64,000 nt of DNA. Source: Herbaspirillum sp. (GTDB lineage: Bacteria > Pseudomonadota > Gammaproteobacteria > Burkholderiales > Burkholderiaceae_D). The stretch is taken from positions 39,839-103,838 of the forward strand of contig NZ_DASQOH010000049.1 of assembly GCF_035644555.1 (NCBI RefSeq). The letters are read 5' to 3'. The position numbers and the translations under genes were made by a program. Of this stretch, positions 45,519-55,462 are shown piece by piece; position 1 is the first letter of the stretch, and the number at the start of each line of letters is the position of its first letter. The notes beneath the pieces are model-generated. The model was not told the origin of the DNA, did no database searches, and saw only the letters and a list, made by a program, of their open reading frames with translations.

Positions 45519-48500
45519 TCAGTTGGAATAAGGAGAACGGTACGGACTGACCGGCAGGGTCAGGAAGCTGCCCTGCATGTCCTCCAGCGTGTAACGCAGA
45601 TACATGGCGACGTTGAGTTCGCGGAAGTCGCTCGAATTGTTCAGACGCAGTGCGCCACCGACGAACAGGCGGGGCGCGAAGCGGTATTCGCCGTTGCCTT
45701 CCAGGCTATAGCCCAGGCCGGTCTTGGTCTGCTGCGCATACTGGCGACCGCTGGCGGCCTGCAGGGCGGCATCGGTGGGGAAGTAGTCAGCCCCATCCTG
45801 GCGGAAATACTGCATCCCCACCGAGCCCTTGAGCTGGAAGGTGAACTTGTCGGAACGCTTGGCCCAGGTGACGGGCACGCCCAGTCCCAGGTAGGCCTGC
45901 GGACTGAAGTAACCGCCATGACCGTAGGTATAGAAGTTCTGGTTGTTGGCGTAGCTGATGACGGTGGCCGACACGCCGGCGGTCATCTTCTCGTCCTCGG
46001 CATTGGTGAGGTACTGGTAGGCGCCGCCGCCCAGTTCCACCCGGGTGTTGGATTCCACATTGCTGCCGCGCAGGCTGTGCAGCGCGCCATAGGCGTAGAC
46101 CCCGGTCTGGGCGTCGTCCGAACTCATCTCGGCACGACCACCGTTGGCAGTCACGCCGCCCCAGGACAGACCGGCGCGGGGATCGGTACTGCCGGCGAAC
46201 GAGGTAACGCTGTCATTGACCGCGCGGCGCGATACGTTCACTGCGAAGCGGTTGGTGCTGCTGCCGGGGAAGGACTGCTCCACGCTCACCCCGCCGACGA
46301 TGTTGGGATGCTTGAAACCACGCGGCGTGGTGCCGAGGTCGGCCTTGACGCCATCCTCGGGACGCTCGTAGGCCACTGCCACCCCGACGCCGCTGGCACT
46401 CTGCTTGCCCAGGCCGGCGGCACTGCTGCCGCCACCGCCGAAGCGGCTGGCCGGTTCGTCGCCGAGGGTACCGCCATCCAGCGAGACCGGCGTGATGCGC
46501 ACGGCCACGCGGTCATTACCGACGGGCATGTTCACTTCCAGCGGGGCCTCGATATCGTTCATGCGGCTCAGGCCCGACTCGCTGGCATTGCCGCGCACCA
46601 CCACGCCTTGCGTGACATAGGCGCTGCGCGATTGCAGGATGTCATTCAGGGCGCGCTGGGCCGGGCTCAGGTTGTCCACCGCCGCGCCATTGGCGGACGG
46701 CCCCTGCATGGCCAGCAGGGCGCGCTGGGTGGCCGTGGCGGCGCCGGGCAGCGCGGTGGTGGGGGCGTTGGCGACGTTGACATTTCTGGCGCGCGCCCCC
46801 GGCTGAGCCTGGGCATAGGCCCCCTGCACCGGTGCTGCGGCCACCGGAGCGGCCGAACTGAACACCGGGCCCAGTGCGGTGCCATAGGCCGGCGCCTGCT
46901 GGGCCTGTTGTGCCTGCAGGGCTTGCTGCGCCTGCAACTGGCGCTGTGCCATGGCCGCATTGGCCGGCATGGGCAGCGTATCCACCGCGACCGGCGCAGC
47001 CATGGCCACCGGGCGCAGCAGGGTCTCGGCCGGCGGCGGAATGGCGGCCATGTCGTCGCTGCCCGGCAGGCGACGCTGGGTGCGGAAGGGATTGATGGCC
47101 GGATCGAAGCCATTGCCCTGCGCCGCCAGCGTACGCTGACGCGCACCGTTTTCAATCGCCACGGCCTTGCGCAGCAGTGCGGTGGCCTCACCGGTCTTGC
47201 CCAGGGCGCGATAGATGCGGGCCGCCTCGGTCAGGGTGGTGGGGTCACTGCTGTCGAGCTTGCCGAACTGGTCCAGCAGCTTCAGGGCATAGGCATTCTC
47301 GCGCGCCTGCACGGCGGTATCGGCCGCACCCAGCAGGACGTTGGCGTCGCGCGGATTGCGCTGCACCAGCGGCTGGTACAGGGCCAAGGCGCGCAGGTTG
47401 TCGCCGGCCGCATTGAACATGCGGGCCAGGGCGGCGATGGCGTCGGTATCGGTAGGTCGCTGGGCCAGCGCCGGGGCCAGGGTGTCGTAGGCGGCCGCCA
47501 GGTCGCCGCCCTGGCGCAGGCGCTCAGCCTGGCGCACACGGTAGAGGAAACGCAGGTCGTCGTATTGCTTGCGGGTGGCCGCATTCATGTTCTGGTTCTG
47601 CAGGGCGGTCAGCACACCGTAGACCTGCGCATCCTCACCGGCCTTGAGCAGGATGGAGGCGTATTGCAGGCGGGTGGACACCGACGGCGTAGCCGGCGGA
47701 TTGACCAGCGGCTGCATCATCGCCATGGCGCGCGGCGTATCGCCGGCGTCGACATAGGCGGAGGCCAGGATGCCAGTACGTTCCGGATTGCCAGCGGCTT
47801 GCGGCTGGACGCGATCCAGCAGGACCAGGGCTTCCTGACGCTGGCCGGTCTTGACCAGTTCGGTGGCGTGATTGACCTGAATGGTCAGCGTCACCTGATT
47901 GGCCAGCTCGTTCATGGCAGCGCTGCGGCGCTGATCGGGGATGCGGCGCAGGGTATCCAGAGCGTCCTGCCACTGTTCCATTTCCACCGACAGCAAGGCG
48001 CTGGCATACAGGGCGTCGACGTTGTCGCGGTGTTCGCGGGTGAAGTCGTCGATGGTGGTGCGGGCCTGCTTGGCCTGGCCGGCCTTGACGTACAGGCGCG
48101 CCAGGTCGAACGTGGTCCAGACGTTGTCGGGGTCGTTCTTGACCGCTTCGCGCATGGCCGCCAGGGCGCCATCGATGTCGTTGCGCTGCTCGGCCAGGGT
48201 GGCCTGCTGGCGCGCGCGCAGAGCGCGCAGGCGGCCCTGGTCGCCGAATTCGTTCTGCTGCGCCGGGGTCAGCTGATCCAGCAGGCGCAGGGCTTCATCG
48301 GCGTGCCCGGTCTGCGCCAGCACGTTGACCAGGCCACGGATGGCCGGCACCTGCTTGGGCTGCGCGGCCAGCACCTGACGGTAATTGGCAGCGGCGGCTT
48401 CGTACTGCCCCCCACTGGCCTGGATGTCGGCAATGGCCACCCGACCATCGAGGCTCTTGGGGTCCAGACGCAAGGCCTGGGCCAGGGCGTCCTGCGCCTG

Positions 48501-49592
48501 CGCGGTCTGGCCGCGTGCCTGCAGATCACGGCCACGCTGGATCAGCAGCCAGTAGCGCACGCTGTCCAGGGCCTTTTTCCAGGACGCGCCGCCCTTGGCG
48601 ACCGCGCGGGCGAGCAAGGGCTCGGCCTCGGCCAGACGGTTCTGCTGCTGGCGGATGACACCCATGCCACCCAGGGCATCGGCATCGTCGGGATGCGAGG
48701 ACAGGCGCTCCTGGAAGGCCTTCTCGGCTTCCTGCAGATCGCCCTTTTCCAGGGCCTGCAGGCCGCGTCCGACCACGGTCGGCTGCTGAGCGCCGGCCAC
48801 CTGCTGGCGGCCCTTGGCCAGCAAATCGCGGATCTGCTGGTCGTCGGGGTGGCTTTTGATGAATTCTTCGAACAGCGGATACTGCGCCGGCGATGGCGGC
48901 CCCAGCCAGGTCAGCGCCAGGCGCCAGCTCTCGTCGGCGTCGCCGCCGATGTCGGTCTTCTTCGACAGGCGTGCCAACTGGCGGATGCCTTCCACCCGGC
49001 TATCCTCGTGGCGCGCCAGCTGCTTGGCGTAGAACAGGGCCAGGATGCTGTCGTCCGGGGTTTCGCGTAACAGCCGTTCCATGCCCTTGCGCGCTTCCGG
49101 CCAGCTGGCGTCGTTGAAGGCCAGGTTGTTGTAGTACTCGCGCCCTATCGTGCCTTGCGGCGTGAGTCCGTTGAACATCTTGCGGAAGGTGTCGGTGGCG
49201 CGATCGCGTTCGCCGGCATCGACCAGGCGGCGGGCTTCAGCCAGCAGGGCCTTGTTTTCCGGCTTGGCCAGGGCGATGTCCTGCTCCAGCTGGTTGGCCT
49301 GCCAGGGTTGCGGCGACAGCGCCTGCAGGCGGTCCAGGTACTGCTTGGCCTGCTGCGGCTTGTTCTGCTTCACGCCGATCAGGCCCATGCCGTAGAGGGC
49401 GTTGACCTGGTTGGCATCCAGCTGCAATACCTTCTGCCAGACCTCGGCGGCGCGCTGCGCATTGTCGCGCGCCTGCCAGTACTGGCCCTGTTCGACCAGT
49501 TGGGCCGCCAGCTCCGGGTCGGCCGCATGGGCCGAGACACCGAGCAACGCGGTCAGGACTCCAATGGCTAGCGTTGTACGGCGCGCACGCAT
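45519..49592 (-). CDS. bcsC: Cellulose synthase outer-membrane/TPR subunit
   Basis: 1357 aa. Signal peptide, many TPR-like repeats, and a C-terminal beta-barrel ending in ...YRSPYSN. Confidence 0.9.
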   Translation of the reverse strand: MRARRTTLAIGVLTALLGVSAHAADPELAAQLVEQGQYWQARDNAQRAAEVWQKVLQLDANQVNALYGMGLIGVKQNKPQQAKQYLDRLQALSPQPWQANQLEQDIALAKPENKALLAEARRLVDAGERDRATDTFRKMFNGLTPQGTIGREYYNNLAFNDASWPEARKGMERLLRETPDDSILALFYAKQLARHEDSRVEGIRQLARLSKKTDIGGDADESWRLALTWLGPPSPAQYPLFEEFIKSHPDDQQIRDLLAKGRQQVAGAQQPTVVGRGLQALEKGDLQEAEKAFQERLSSHPDDADALGGMGVIRQQQNRLAEAEPLLARAVAKGGASWKKALDSVRYWLLIQRGRDLQARGQTAQAQDALAQALRLDPKSLDGRVAIADIQASGGQYEAAAANYRQVLAAQPKQVPAIRGLVNVLAQTGHADEALRLLDQLTPAQQNEFGDQGRLRALRARQQATLAEQRNDIDGALAAMREAVKNDPDNVWTTFDLARLYVKAGQAKQARTTIDDFTREHRDNVDALYASALLSVEMEQWQDALDTLRRIPDQRRSAAMNELANQVTLTIQVNHATELVKTGQRQEALVLLDRVQPQAAGNPERTGILASAYVDAGDTPRAMAMMQPLVNPPATPSVSTRLQYASILLKAGEDAQVYGVLTALQNQNMNAATRKQYDDLRFLYRVRQAERLRQGGDLAAAYDTLAPALAQRPTDTDAIAALARMFNAAGDNLRALALYQPLVQRNPRDANVLLGAADTAVQARENAYALKLLDQFGKLDSSDPTTLTEAARIYRALGKTGEATALLRKAVAIENGARQRTLAAQGNGFDPAINPFRTQRRLPGSDDMAAIPPPAETLLRPVAMAAPVAVDTLPMPANAAMAQRQLQAQQALQAQQAQQAPAYGTALGPVFSSAAPVAAAPVQGAYAQAQPGARARNVNVANAPTTALPGAATATQRALLAMQGPSANGAAVDNLSPAQRALNDILQSRSAYVTQGVVVRGNASESGLSRMNDIEAPLEVNMPVGNDRVAVRITPVSLDGGTLGDEPASRFGGGGSSAAGLGKQSASGVGVAVAYERPEDGVKADLGTTPRGFKHPNIVGGVSVEQSFPGSSTNRFAVNVSRRAVNDSVTSFAGSTDPRAGLSWGGVTANGGRAEMSSDDAQTGVYAYGALHSLRGSNVESNTRVELGGGAYQYLTNAEDEKMTAGVSATVISYANNQNFYTYGHGGYFSPQAYLGLGVPVTWAKRSDKFTFQLKGSVGMQYFRQDGADYFPTDAALQAASGRQYAQQTKTGLGYSLEGNGEYRFAPRLFVGGALRLNNSSDFRELNVAMYLRYTLEDMQGSFLTLPVSPYRSPYSN

Positions 49593-50800
49593 GACTTCTC
49601 CCAGGGCAAATTAAGCGTTCCGTCATCGCGGAACTGATAGCGTTTCTCGGCCCATCCCAATCCGAACAGGCCTAGCATGACGTTGTAGTACAGGATTTCG
49701 GGGCGCGGGTCCGGCTGTGCCAGCCCGCTCTCCAGTTGTTGCGCGACGGTGCGCTGCAGTTGCACCGCCAGCGTGGTATCGCCCTTGGCGATCAGGTAGG
49801 GCAGGAGTGCGGCGGAAAAGCCGAACGGCGCCTGTCCTTCGGTGGCGCCCGAGGTCACCTGGACCTTTTCGGGCGGCGCACCGGTGGCGGCCAGTACCCG
49901 GCGCATGCCGTCCAGCGCCGCCAGCAGCGGCGCGGCAGCGGTATCGCGAGGCGAGGTCATGCCGGCCCACAGATAGACACGGATCGCATCGTAACTGCCC
50001 AGGTCGCCCTTGGCAGGATCGACCTCGAACTGCCCGGACTGGACCGTCAGCATCCGGTAGCCCACCCAGTCGGCCACGAAGCCGCGCGGCGCCGAGGCCT
50101 GGATCATGCGCACCGTGTTGTCGGCCACCTGCTGCCAGGGGCCGGCTGGTCTTTCCTTGTGCAGCCGGCGCAGCAGCGGCAAAGGCAGGTAGCTGGGATT
50201 GAGTGTCCACTGGACATTGCGCTGGCTGAAACCCTGCGGTCCCGGCAACAGCATCTTGCCCAGGCCAGGCAGATCTACCACCAGCCTGGCTTCGATATTG
50301 TCGAGCAGGGCCTGCGCCTGCTTGCGGTAGTTCGGACGCTGCCACAGGCGCGCCGCTTCCAGCAGGGTGTAGGCGATCCAGAGGTCGGCATCCGAGGCCG
50401 AATTGGCGTCCTGCATCTGCCACTTGCCGTCACTACCCTGCCCCCACAGCCAGCCCGGCAGGATCTTGCCGGGGTCGTTGCCGAGCATGTTGTGCAGCGT
50501 CCAGTCCCATACCTTGGCGAAGCGCTCAGGGTCGTTGGCGACCAGCGCCAGCAGCATGTGGTAGGACTGGCCTTCGGAGGTGGTGTGGTTGGGCAGCAGG
50601 CTGGAGTGCAGCACCCGCCCGTCATCCTGGACATGGGCCGCAGCCCAGGATTGCCATGCCGGCCAGTCCTGGGACGTACAACCGGACGCACCGGCCGCGG
50701 CCATGGCCGGCAGCCAGGGCGCCGCCGCCAGGCCGGCCAGCAGGCCGATCACCTGGCGCCGGCGCGACAGCGGCACGGCGGCATACCTGGTGTTACGCAT
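49568..50800 (-). CDS. bcsZ: Periplasmic endo-1,4-beta-glucanase (GH8)
   Basis: 410 aa with a Tat-like signal (SRRRQVIGLLAGLAAAPW). GH8 pattern TSEGQSYHMLLAL ... ASDADLWIAYTLLEA. Confidence 0.9.
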   Translation of the reverse strand: MRNTRYAAVPLSRRRQVIGLLAGLAAAPWLPAMAAAGASGCTSQDWPAWQSWAAAHVQDDGRVLHSSLLPNHTTSEGQSYHMLLALVANDPERFAKVWDWTLHNMLGNDPGKILPGWLWGQGSDGKWQMQDANSASDADLWIAYTLLEAARLWQRPNYRKQAQALLDNIEARLVVDLPGLGKMLLPGPQGFSQRNVQWTLNPSYLPLPLLRRLHKERPAGPWQQVADNTVRMIQASAPRGFVADWVGYRMLTVQSGQFEVDPAKGDLGSYDAIRVYLWAGMTSPRDTAAAPLLAALDGMRRVLAATGAPPEKVQVTSGATEGQAPFGFSAALLPYLIAKGDTTLAVQLQRTVAQQLESGLAQPDPRPEILYYNVMLGLFGLGWAEKRYQFRDDGTLNLPWEKSCVRAVQR

Positions 50801-53078
50801 TGAGCCGCTTTCTCGCCTTGGCGCGCAGGGTCAGGTAAGCCAGACCGCCCAGCAGCAGGATACCCAGCGCCACCATCAGGAACATGCTGATCACGTGCTG
50901 CGACAGCCACCAGCGCAGCATGCGCAACGGCGACATGCTGCCCACGAAATACTGTTGCTCGGCCAGCAGCGGTTCGATGCTCTCGCCCCGCACCGCCACC
51001 AGGCTACCCTGCACGGCGCCGGATTCGGCTTCCTTGCTGGCCAGCGCGGACATGATCTGCGACAGGCCCAGCTTGTCGCCGCCGGCCAGCACCACCACGC
51101 TGCGGTCGCCATCCAGCGGCGATTCGAAACCGGTCAGGTAGGAGGTCGGGTCGCCGCCCGAGAACGCCATCTGCAGACGGGTGCGACGCTGCGCAGCCTT
51201 CGGGTCCAGGCCCAGCCAGCCACCTACGCGCAGCGACAGATCGGACAGGTCGAAGCGCTGCTTGTCACCGGTCACCACCGTGGGCAGGCGGTCGGCCCAC
51301 TGCTTGAGCAGCGGCTGGTTCTGGCCCGAAGCCATCACCAGCAGGTCCTTGCCACTGAACTTGGCAACCTGGGCCGCCTGGGTCACGGTAACGGCGGTGG
51401 CCGGATAACCGGTGGCGCTACCGAAGCGGCCCAGCACGGTCAGGTAGGCGCTGAGGTCGGCATCGCTGGCGTTGTCCGGCAGGACCACGGCGGTCTCGGA
51501 CAGATCGGCCATGCGCGTGAAGGGGAAGCCGGCATCCTTGAACACGCCCAGGTTGGGCATGGCCATGAAGTGGTCGTAGCCGCGCAGGTCCAGGGTGGAT
51601 TCAGGATCGATGCTGCCGCGCACGTTGTCGATGATGATGTCGGCACACTCGCCCTGCTTCACGTAGTCATACATGTAGCGCAATTGCAGGCGCGATTGCA
51701 GCGCCGCAGTATCGAGCGGCAGGCGCACCGTCATCTCGCGCTCCAGCGTATCGCTCTTGATGGCGGCCAGCAGGCCCTGGTCCAGCTTGTCCTTGGGCAG
51801 CAGCACATCGGACTTGATCAGGCCATCGTTGAAGCTGACGATCAGCGAGGAATTGCTCGAACGCGGCTGCGGCGTGTAGCGGTAGTGCAGATCCAGCTTG
51901 GCACCGTCCTGGCGCCAGCTCGACAGCGCCGGCGGGAAGTTCAGCGGAATGGTGATGTCGCCCGGGTTGTAGCCGGACACATTGAGGCGCTTGGCGTCGA
52001 TCAGTTCGGCCAGTTTCACCGGACGGTCGGTGGGCAGCCAGTTGGGGGCGTCGTAGGGCTTGCGCGGGGCCACCGGCTGCAGCTTGTCGATCACCACCGA
52101 ATTGCCCGAGACCGCCTTGTTGCCCAGCGCCGCAGCCGCGGCCGCACGCTTGAGTTCTTCGGCATTGCGACCGGTCACCAGCAGCAGCTTGCCGTTGGGA
52201 TCGTTGGGGTTGGTCACCATGGTCAGGGTCGGCCCCTTGGGCGCGGCGATTTCCAGTGCGCCGATCTGGCTGGCGCCTTCACCGCTGACCAGCACCACGC
52301 CATTGCCCTTGGCCGGCAGTGCGTTGAGCTGTACCGGGAAGCGCGCGCCGCGATAGCTGGCCAGTGCCCCGAACCAGGACGACAGCGCACCGGCGGCTTC
52401 CAGGGTGCCATTGTCGGGAGCGGCGACGAAGACGAAGGGCAGGTTCAGCATGCGCATGTCGCGGCGGTCGAAGAATGGCAGCGGCATGATGGCCAGGTCA
52501 TCCTTGAGCGGCAGCGGCGTGGTCTGCAGCGCCAGCACCGAATCGTTGCTCACCCGCGCCCACAGGCTGGAGTGCAGCGGGTTTTCGCAACCCATGGTGT
52601 AGTGGCCGATGAACTGCAGGCTCAGGCGGTTGAATTCGGTGATCAGCTTGGGCGGAATCTCGACCTTGGTGGTCTGCAGGGCGCCGGCGTTTTCCTTGGG
52701 CAGCGGGATGCTGCCGGCCACCACGTCGTTGACCATCACGTTGATCTGCGACAGGTCCGGCAGCAGCGCGGGCGAATAGGTGTATTGCAGCGTCACGTTG
52801 GCGCCGGTTACCACCTGGTTGGCCGGCACGTCGAAGCCGACGCTGTCGCTGGCGTCCACGCCGTGCAGCGTGATCGGATACCCGCGACCCAGCTGGGTGA
52901 GGCTGAAATTGTAGGGATCACCGGCCATCGGCGTGGTGGCCGCAGCGGCCGGCGCGGCGGGAGCGGCTGCCAGCACCTGCAGAGGCAAACTGCCCGAGGC
53001 GACTACCCCGGCCATGACCAGACAGAGGGAGCGCCGGCGGAAAGTCGTATTCCTTCCAGGAGACTGCTTGATTTTCAT
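50793..53078 (-). CDS. bcsB: Cellulose synthase periplasmic regulatory subunit
   Basis: 761 aa with a signal peptide and a C-terminal TM anchor. Its position between bcsA and bcsZ supports the call. Confidence 0.9.
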   Translation of the reverse strand: MKIKQSPGRNTTFRRRSLCLVMAGVVASGSLPLQVLAAAPAAPAAAATTPMAGDPYNFSLTQLGRGYPITLHGVDASDSVGFDVPANQVVTGANVTLQYTYSPALLPDLSQINVMVNDVVAGSIPLPKENAGALQTTKVEIPPKLITEFNRLSLQFIGHYTMGCENPLHSSLWARVSNDSVLALQTTPLPLKDDLAIMPLPFFDRRDMRMLNLPFVFVAAPDNGTLEAAGALSSWFGALASYRGARFPVQLNALPAKGNGVVLVSGEGASQIGALEIAAPKGPTLTMVTNPNDPNGKLLLVTGRNAEELKRAAAAAALGNKAVSGNSVVIDKLQPVAPRKPYDAPNWLPTDRPVKLAELIDAKRLNVSGYNPGDITIPLNFPPALSSWRQDGAKLDLHYRYTPQPRSSNSSLIVSFNDGLIKSDVLLPKDKLDQGLLAAIKSDTLEREMTVRLPLDTAALQSRLQLRYMYDYVKQGECADIIIDNVRGSIDPESTLDLRGYDHFMAMPNLGVFKDAGFPFTRMADLSETAVVLPDNASDADLSAYLTVLGRFGSATGYPATAVTVTQAAQVAKFSGKDLLVMASGQNQPLLKQWADRLPTVVTGDKQRFDLSDLSLRVGGWLGLDPKAAQRRTRLQMAFSGGDPTSYLTGFESPLDGDRSVVVLAGGDKLGLSQIMSALASKEAESGAVQGSLVAVRGESIEPLLAEQQYFVGSMSPLRMLRWWLSQHVISMFLMVALGILLLGGLAYLTLRAKARKRLNA

Positions 53079-55462
53079 TGTTTTTCCATTGATTTATCGA
53101 ATGCCTGAATCACCTGGTCGGCCCGTACCGTTTCGGTCACCGCCACTGCCGACGCTCCCGCTGCCGCCGGGGCGGCCTGCACTATCGGCTCGGCCTTGGC
53201 GGCAGCCGCCGAGGCCGCCGCCGCACGCCGCGTATCACGCCACAGGTGCAACTGGATCAGGGTGGCGCGGATCAGCTCCTTGACGCCGTTGATACCGATC
53301 AGCGAGACCTCGCGCAGCGCCTTCAGCGGCGTATCGCGGCGGCTCTTGCCCCAGTTGTTGGCCCAGATGTCGGCGCGCGAGAAGGTCAGCCGCACCAGTT
53401 CACTGTTCTGACGCAGGCTCAGCTCATGGAACTGGGCGCCGACCATTTCGCCACGGCTGAACACCACGACGGCCGGGAACTCTTTCTCTTGCTGGTTGCG
53501 GAACAGCGTGACCTGGATGTGCTGGCCGCGTGCGATCGTCACACCCTGCGGCACACGCAAGCCGATGCCTTTCTGCGAAAAGTCCAGCGTAGTGCCGCTG
53601 ATCTCGGTGCCATCGGCCAGCTTGACGCGTACCGGCAGCTCGGCCGCCACCCGCGGCTCGCTGCGCACCTGGCGGGTTTCGGAAGCCACCGCCATGGCGG
53701 CGCTGCTGATGATGACGTTGTACAGCGTCCAGGCCATGTTGATGAGGATGGTGGTCATCGCATTGGGGTCGCCCATCACCAGCTGCCAGACGCCGAAGAC
53801 CATGCCCAGCAGGTTCAGCAGCAGCAGCACGATGTAGGGGCGCGCCAGTTTCCAGTCGAAGTGCTTGTCGAGGATGATGCCGCCCTTGTCGGTGACGTTG
53901 AAGCCGCCCAGCTTGGGGTTCACCAGCGCCAGCAGCACCGGGCCGAGGATGTACCAGGCCAGCACGGTCTCGTAGACCTCGTTCCAGAACGAATGGCGGA
54001 AACGCCCCTGGATGCGCGAGTTGGTCAGGCTGGCGTGCAGCACGTGCGGCAGCACGTAGGCAGTGATCATCAGCGCCGAAGCGTGGAAGATGTGGGCGCC
54101 GAAGAACAGATAGGTCAGCGGCGCGGTCAGGAAGATCAGGCGCGGCAGGCCATAGAAGAAGTGCAGCATGGCGTTGAGGTAGCAGAACCGCTGCCCCAGC
54201 TTCAGGCCCTTGCCGCGCAGGGGGTTGTCGACCCGGAAGATCTGCGCCATGCCACGCGCCCAGCGCACCCGCTGGCGGATGTGACGCGCCAGGTTCTCGG
54301 TGGCCAGACCGGCCGCCTGGGGGATGGCCAGATAGGCGGTGTTGTAACCGGCACGGTTCATCTTCAGCGCCGTGTGAGCATCCTCGGTCAGGGTCTCGAC
54401 GGCGATGCCGCCGATCTCCATCAATGCGGTACGGCGCATGACGGCGCAGGAGCCGCAGAAGAAGGCAGCGTTCCAGAGGTCGTTGCCATCCTGTACCAGC
54501 CCGTAGAACAGTTCACCTTCATTGGGCACGGAACGGAAGGTATTGAGGTTCTTCTCGAAGGGATCGGGCGAGAAGAAGAAGTGCGGCGTCTGCAGCATCG
54601 CCAGCTTGGGGTCCTTGTAGAACCAGCCCATGCAGATCTGCAGGAAGGAGCGGGTCGGCACGTGGTCGGCATCGAAGATGGCCACGAATTCGCCGTCGGT
54701 GACCTTGAGCGCTTCGTTGAGGTTGCCGGCCTTGGCGTGCTTGTTGTCCGAGCGCACCAGGTAGTTCACGCCGATGTTGTTGCAGAACTCACGGAAGTCT
54801 TCGCGACGACCGTCGTCCAGCACGTGCACACGCAGCTTCTCCTGCGGCCAGTCGATGGCCTGGGCGGCGAAGATGGTCAGCGAAACGATGTCCAGCGACT
54901 CGTTGTAGGACGGGATGAAGACGTCCACCGTCGGCCATTCCGAGGGCGGCATGGTCAGCATCTGCGGCTTGCGGCGCAAGGGCCAGGCGGTCTGCAGGTA
55001 GCCCAGCGTGAGCACGATGAGCGAATAGATTTCGGCCGCCAGCAGGCCATAGCCGAAGACGATGTCGAGCCAGTCTTCGAAGGCCAGGGTGGAGGTGATG
55101 CGCCAGTACATGTAGCGCATCGACACGATCAGCGAGAGCGTGATCAGCACCAGCACCGGGAAGCGGCCGGACTGCTTGCGCAGCACCAGCGCCGCCACGA
55201 AGCAGCCGATGGCGAAGATGCACTGGGTATAGAACTCCAGCGGCACCGACACGATGAGCATGGCCAGCAGTACGGCCAGCAACAGCAGACCGAGCTGCAG
55301 CCAGCGGCGCGGCCGGCGCGGCAGCGCCTCCAGGCGCTCGCCCCAGGTCTGGATCCAGCTCTGCAGGCGGTTGGAGGTGGGTGCGGCCGGATCCGCTGCG
55401 GCGGCGGACGCGGTGGATGCGGTGGAAGAACGGGCTTGCGACTGCGCTTGCGATTGACTCAT
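53075..55462 (-). CDS. bcsA: Cellulose synthase catalytic subunit with a c-di-GMP-binding PilZ domain
   Basis: GT2 motifs HVLDDG, FDADHVP, TLTEDAHT and QRVRWARG. PilZ motifs RQVRSEPR and DFSQKG. Confidence 0.95.
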   Translation of the reverse strand: MSQSQAQSQARSSTASTASAAAADPAAPTSNRLQSWIQTWGERLEALPRRPRRWLQLGLLLLAVLLAMLIVSVPLEFYTQCIFAIGCFVAALVLRKQSGRFPVLVLITLSLIVSMRYMYWRITSTLAFEDWLDIVFGYGLLAAEIYSLIVLTLGYLQTAWPLRRKPQMLTMPPSEWPTVDVFIPSYNESLDIVSLTIFAAQAIDWPQEKLRVHVLDDGRREDFREFCNNIGVNYLVRSDNKHAKAGNLNEALKVTDGEFVAIFDADHVPTRSFLQICMGWFYKDPKLAMLQTPHFFFSPDPFEKNLNTFRSVPNEGELFYGLVQDGNDLWNAAFFCGSCAVMRRTALMEIGGIAVETLTEDAHTALKMNRAGYNTAYLAIPQAAGLATENLARHIRQRVRWARGMAQIFRVDNPLRGKGLKLGQRFCYLNAMLHFFYGLPRLIFLTAPLTYLFFGAHIFHASALMITAYVLPHVLHASLTNSRIQGRFRHSFWNEVYETVLAWYILGPVLLALVNPKLGGFNVTDKGGIILDKHFDWKLARPYIVLLLLNLLGMVFGVWQLVMGDPNAMTTILINMAWTLYNVIISSAAMAVASETRQVRSEPRVAAELPVRVKLADGTEISGTTLDFSQKGIGLRVPQGVTIARGQHIQVTLFRNQQEKEFPAVVVFSRGEMVGAQFHELSLRQNSELVRLTFSRADIWANNWGKSRRDTPLKALREVSLIGINGVKELIRATLIQLHLWRDTRRAAAASAAAAKAEPIVQAAPAAAGASAVAVTETVRADQVIQAFDKSMEKQ

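Noticed and set aside
45918-49070. Very long antisense ORFs. This one is 1050 aa. Others are 50580-53108, 53246-55540, 42167-44314, 22184-23989, 2316-4133, 33130-34668, 36892-38244 and 58305-59843.
   Set aside because: They are typical stop-codon-poor shadow frames of high-GC DNA. Their translations are dominated by G/A/R/H/Q/L runs with no motifs, and each lies opposite a gene with strong family signatures.
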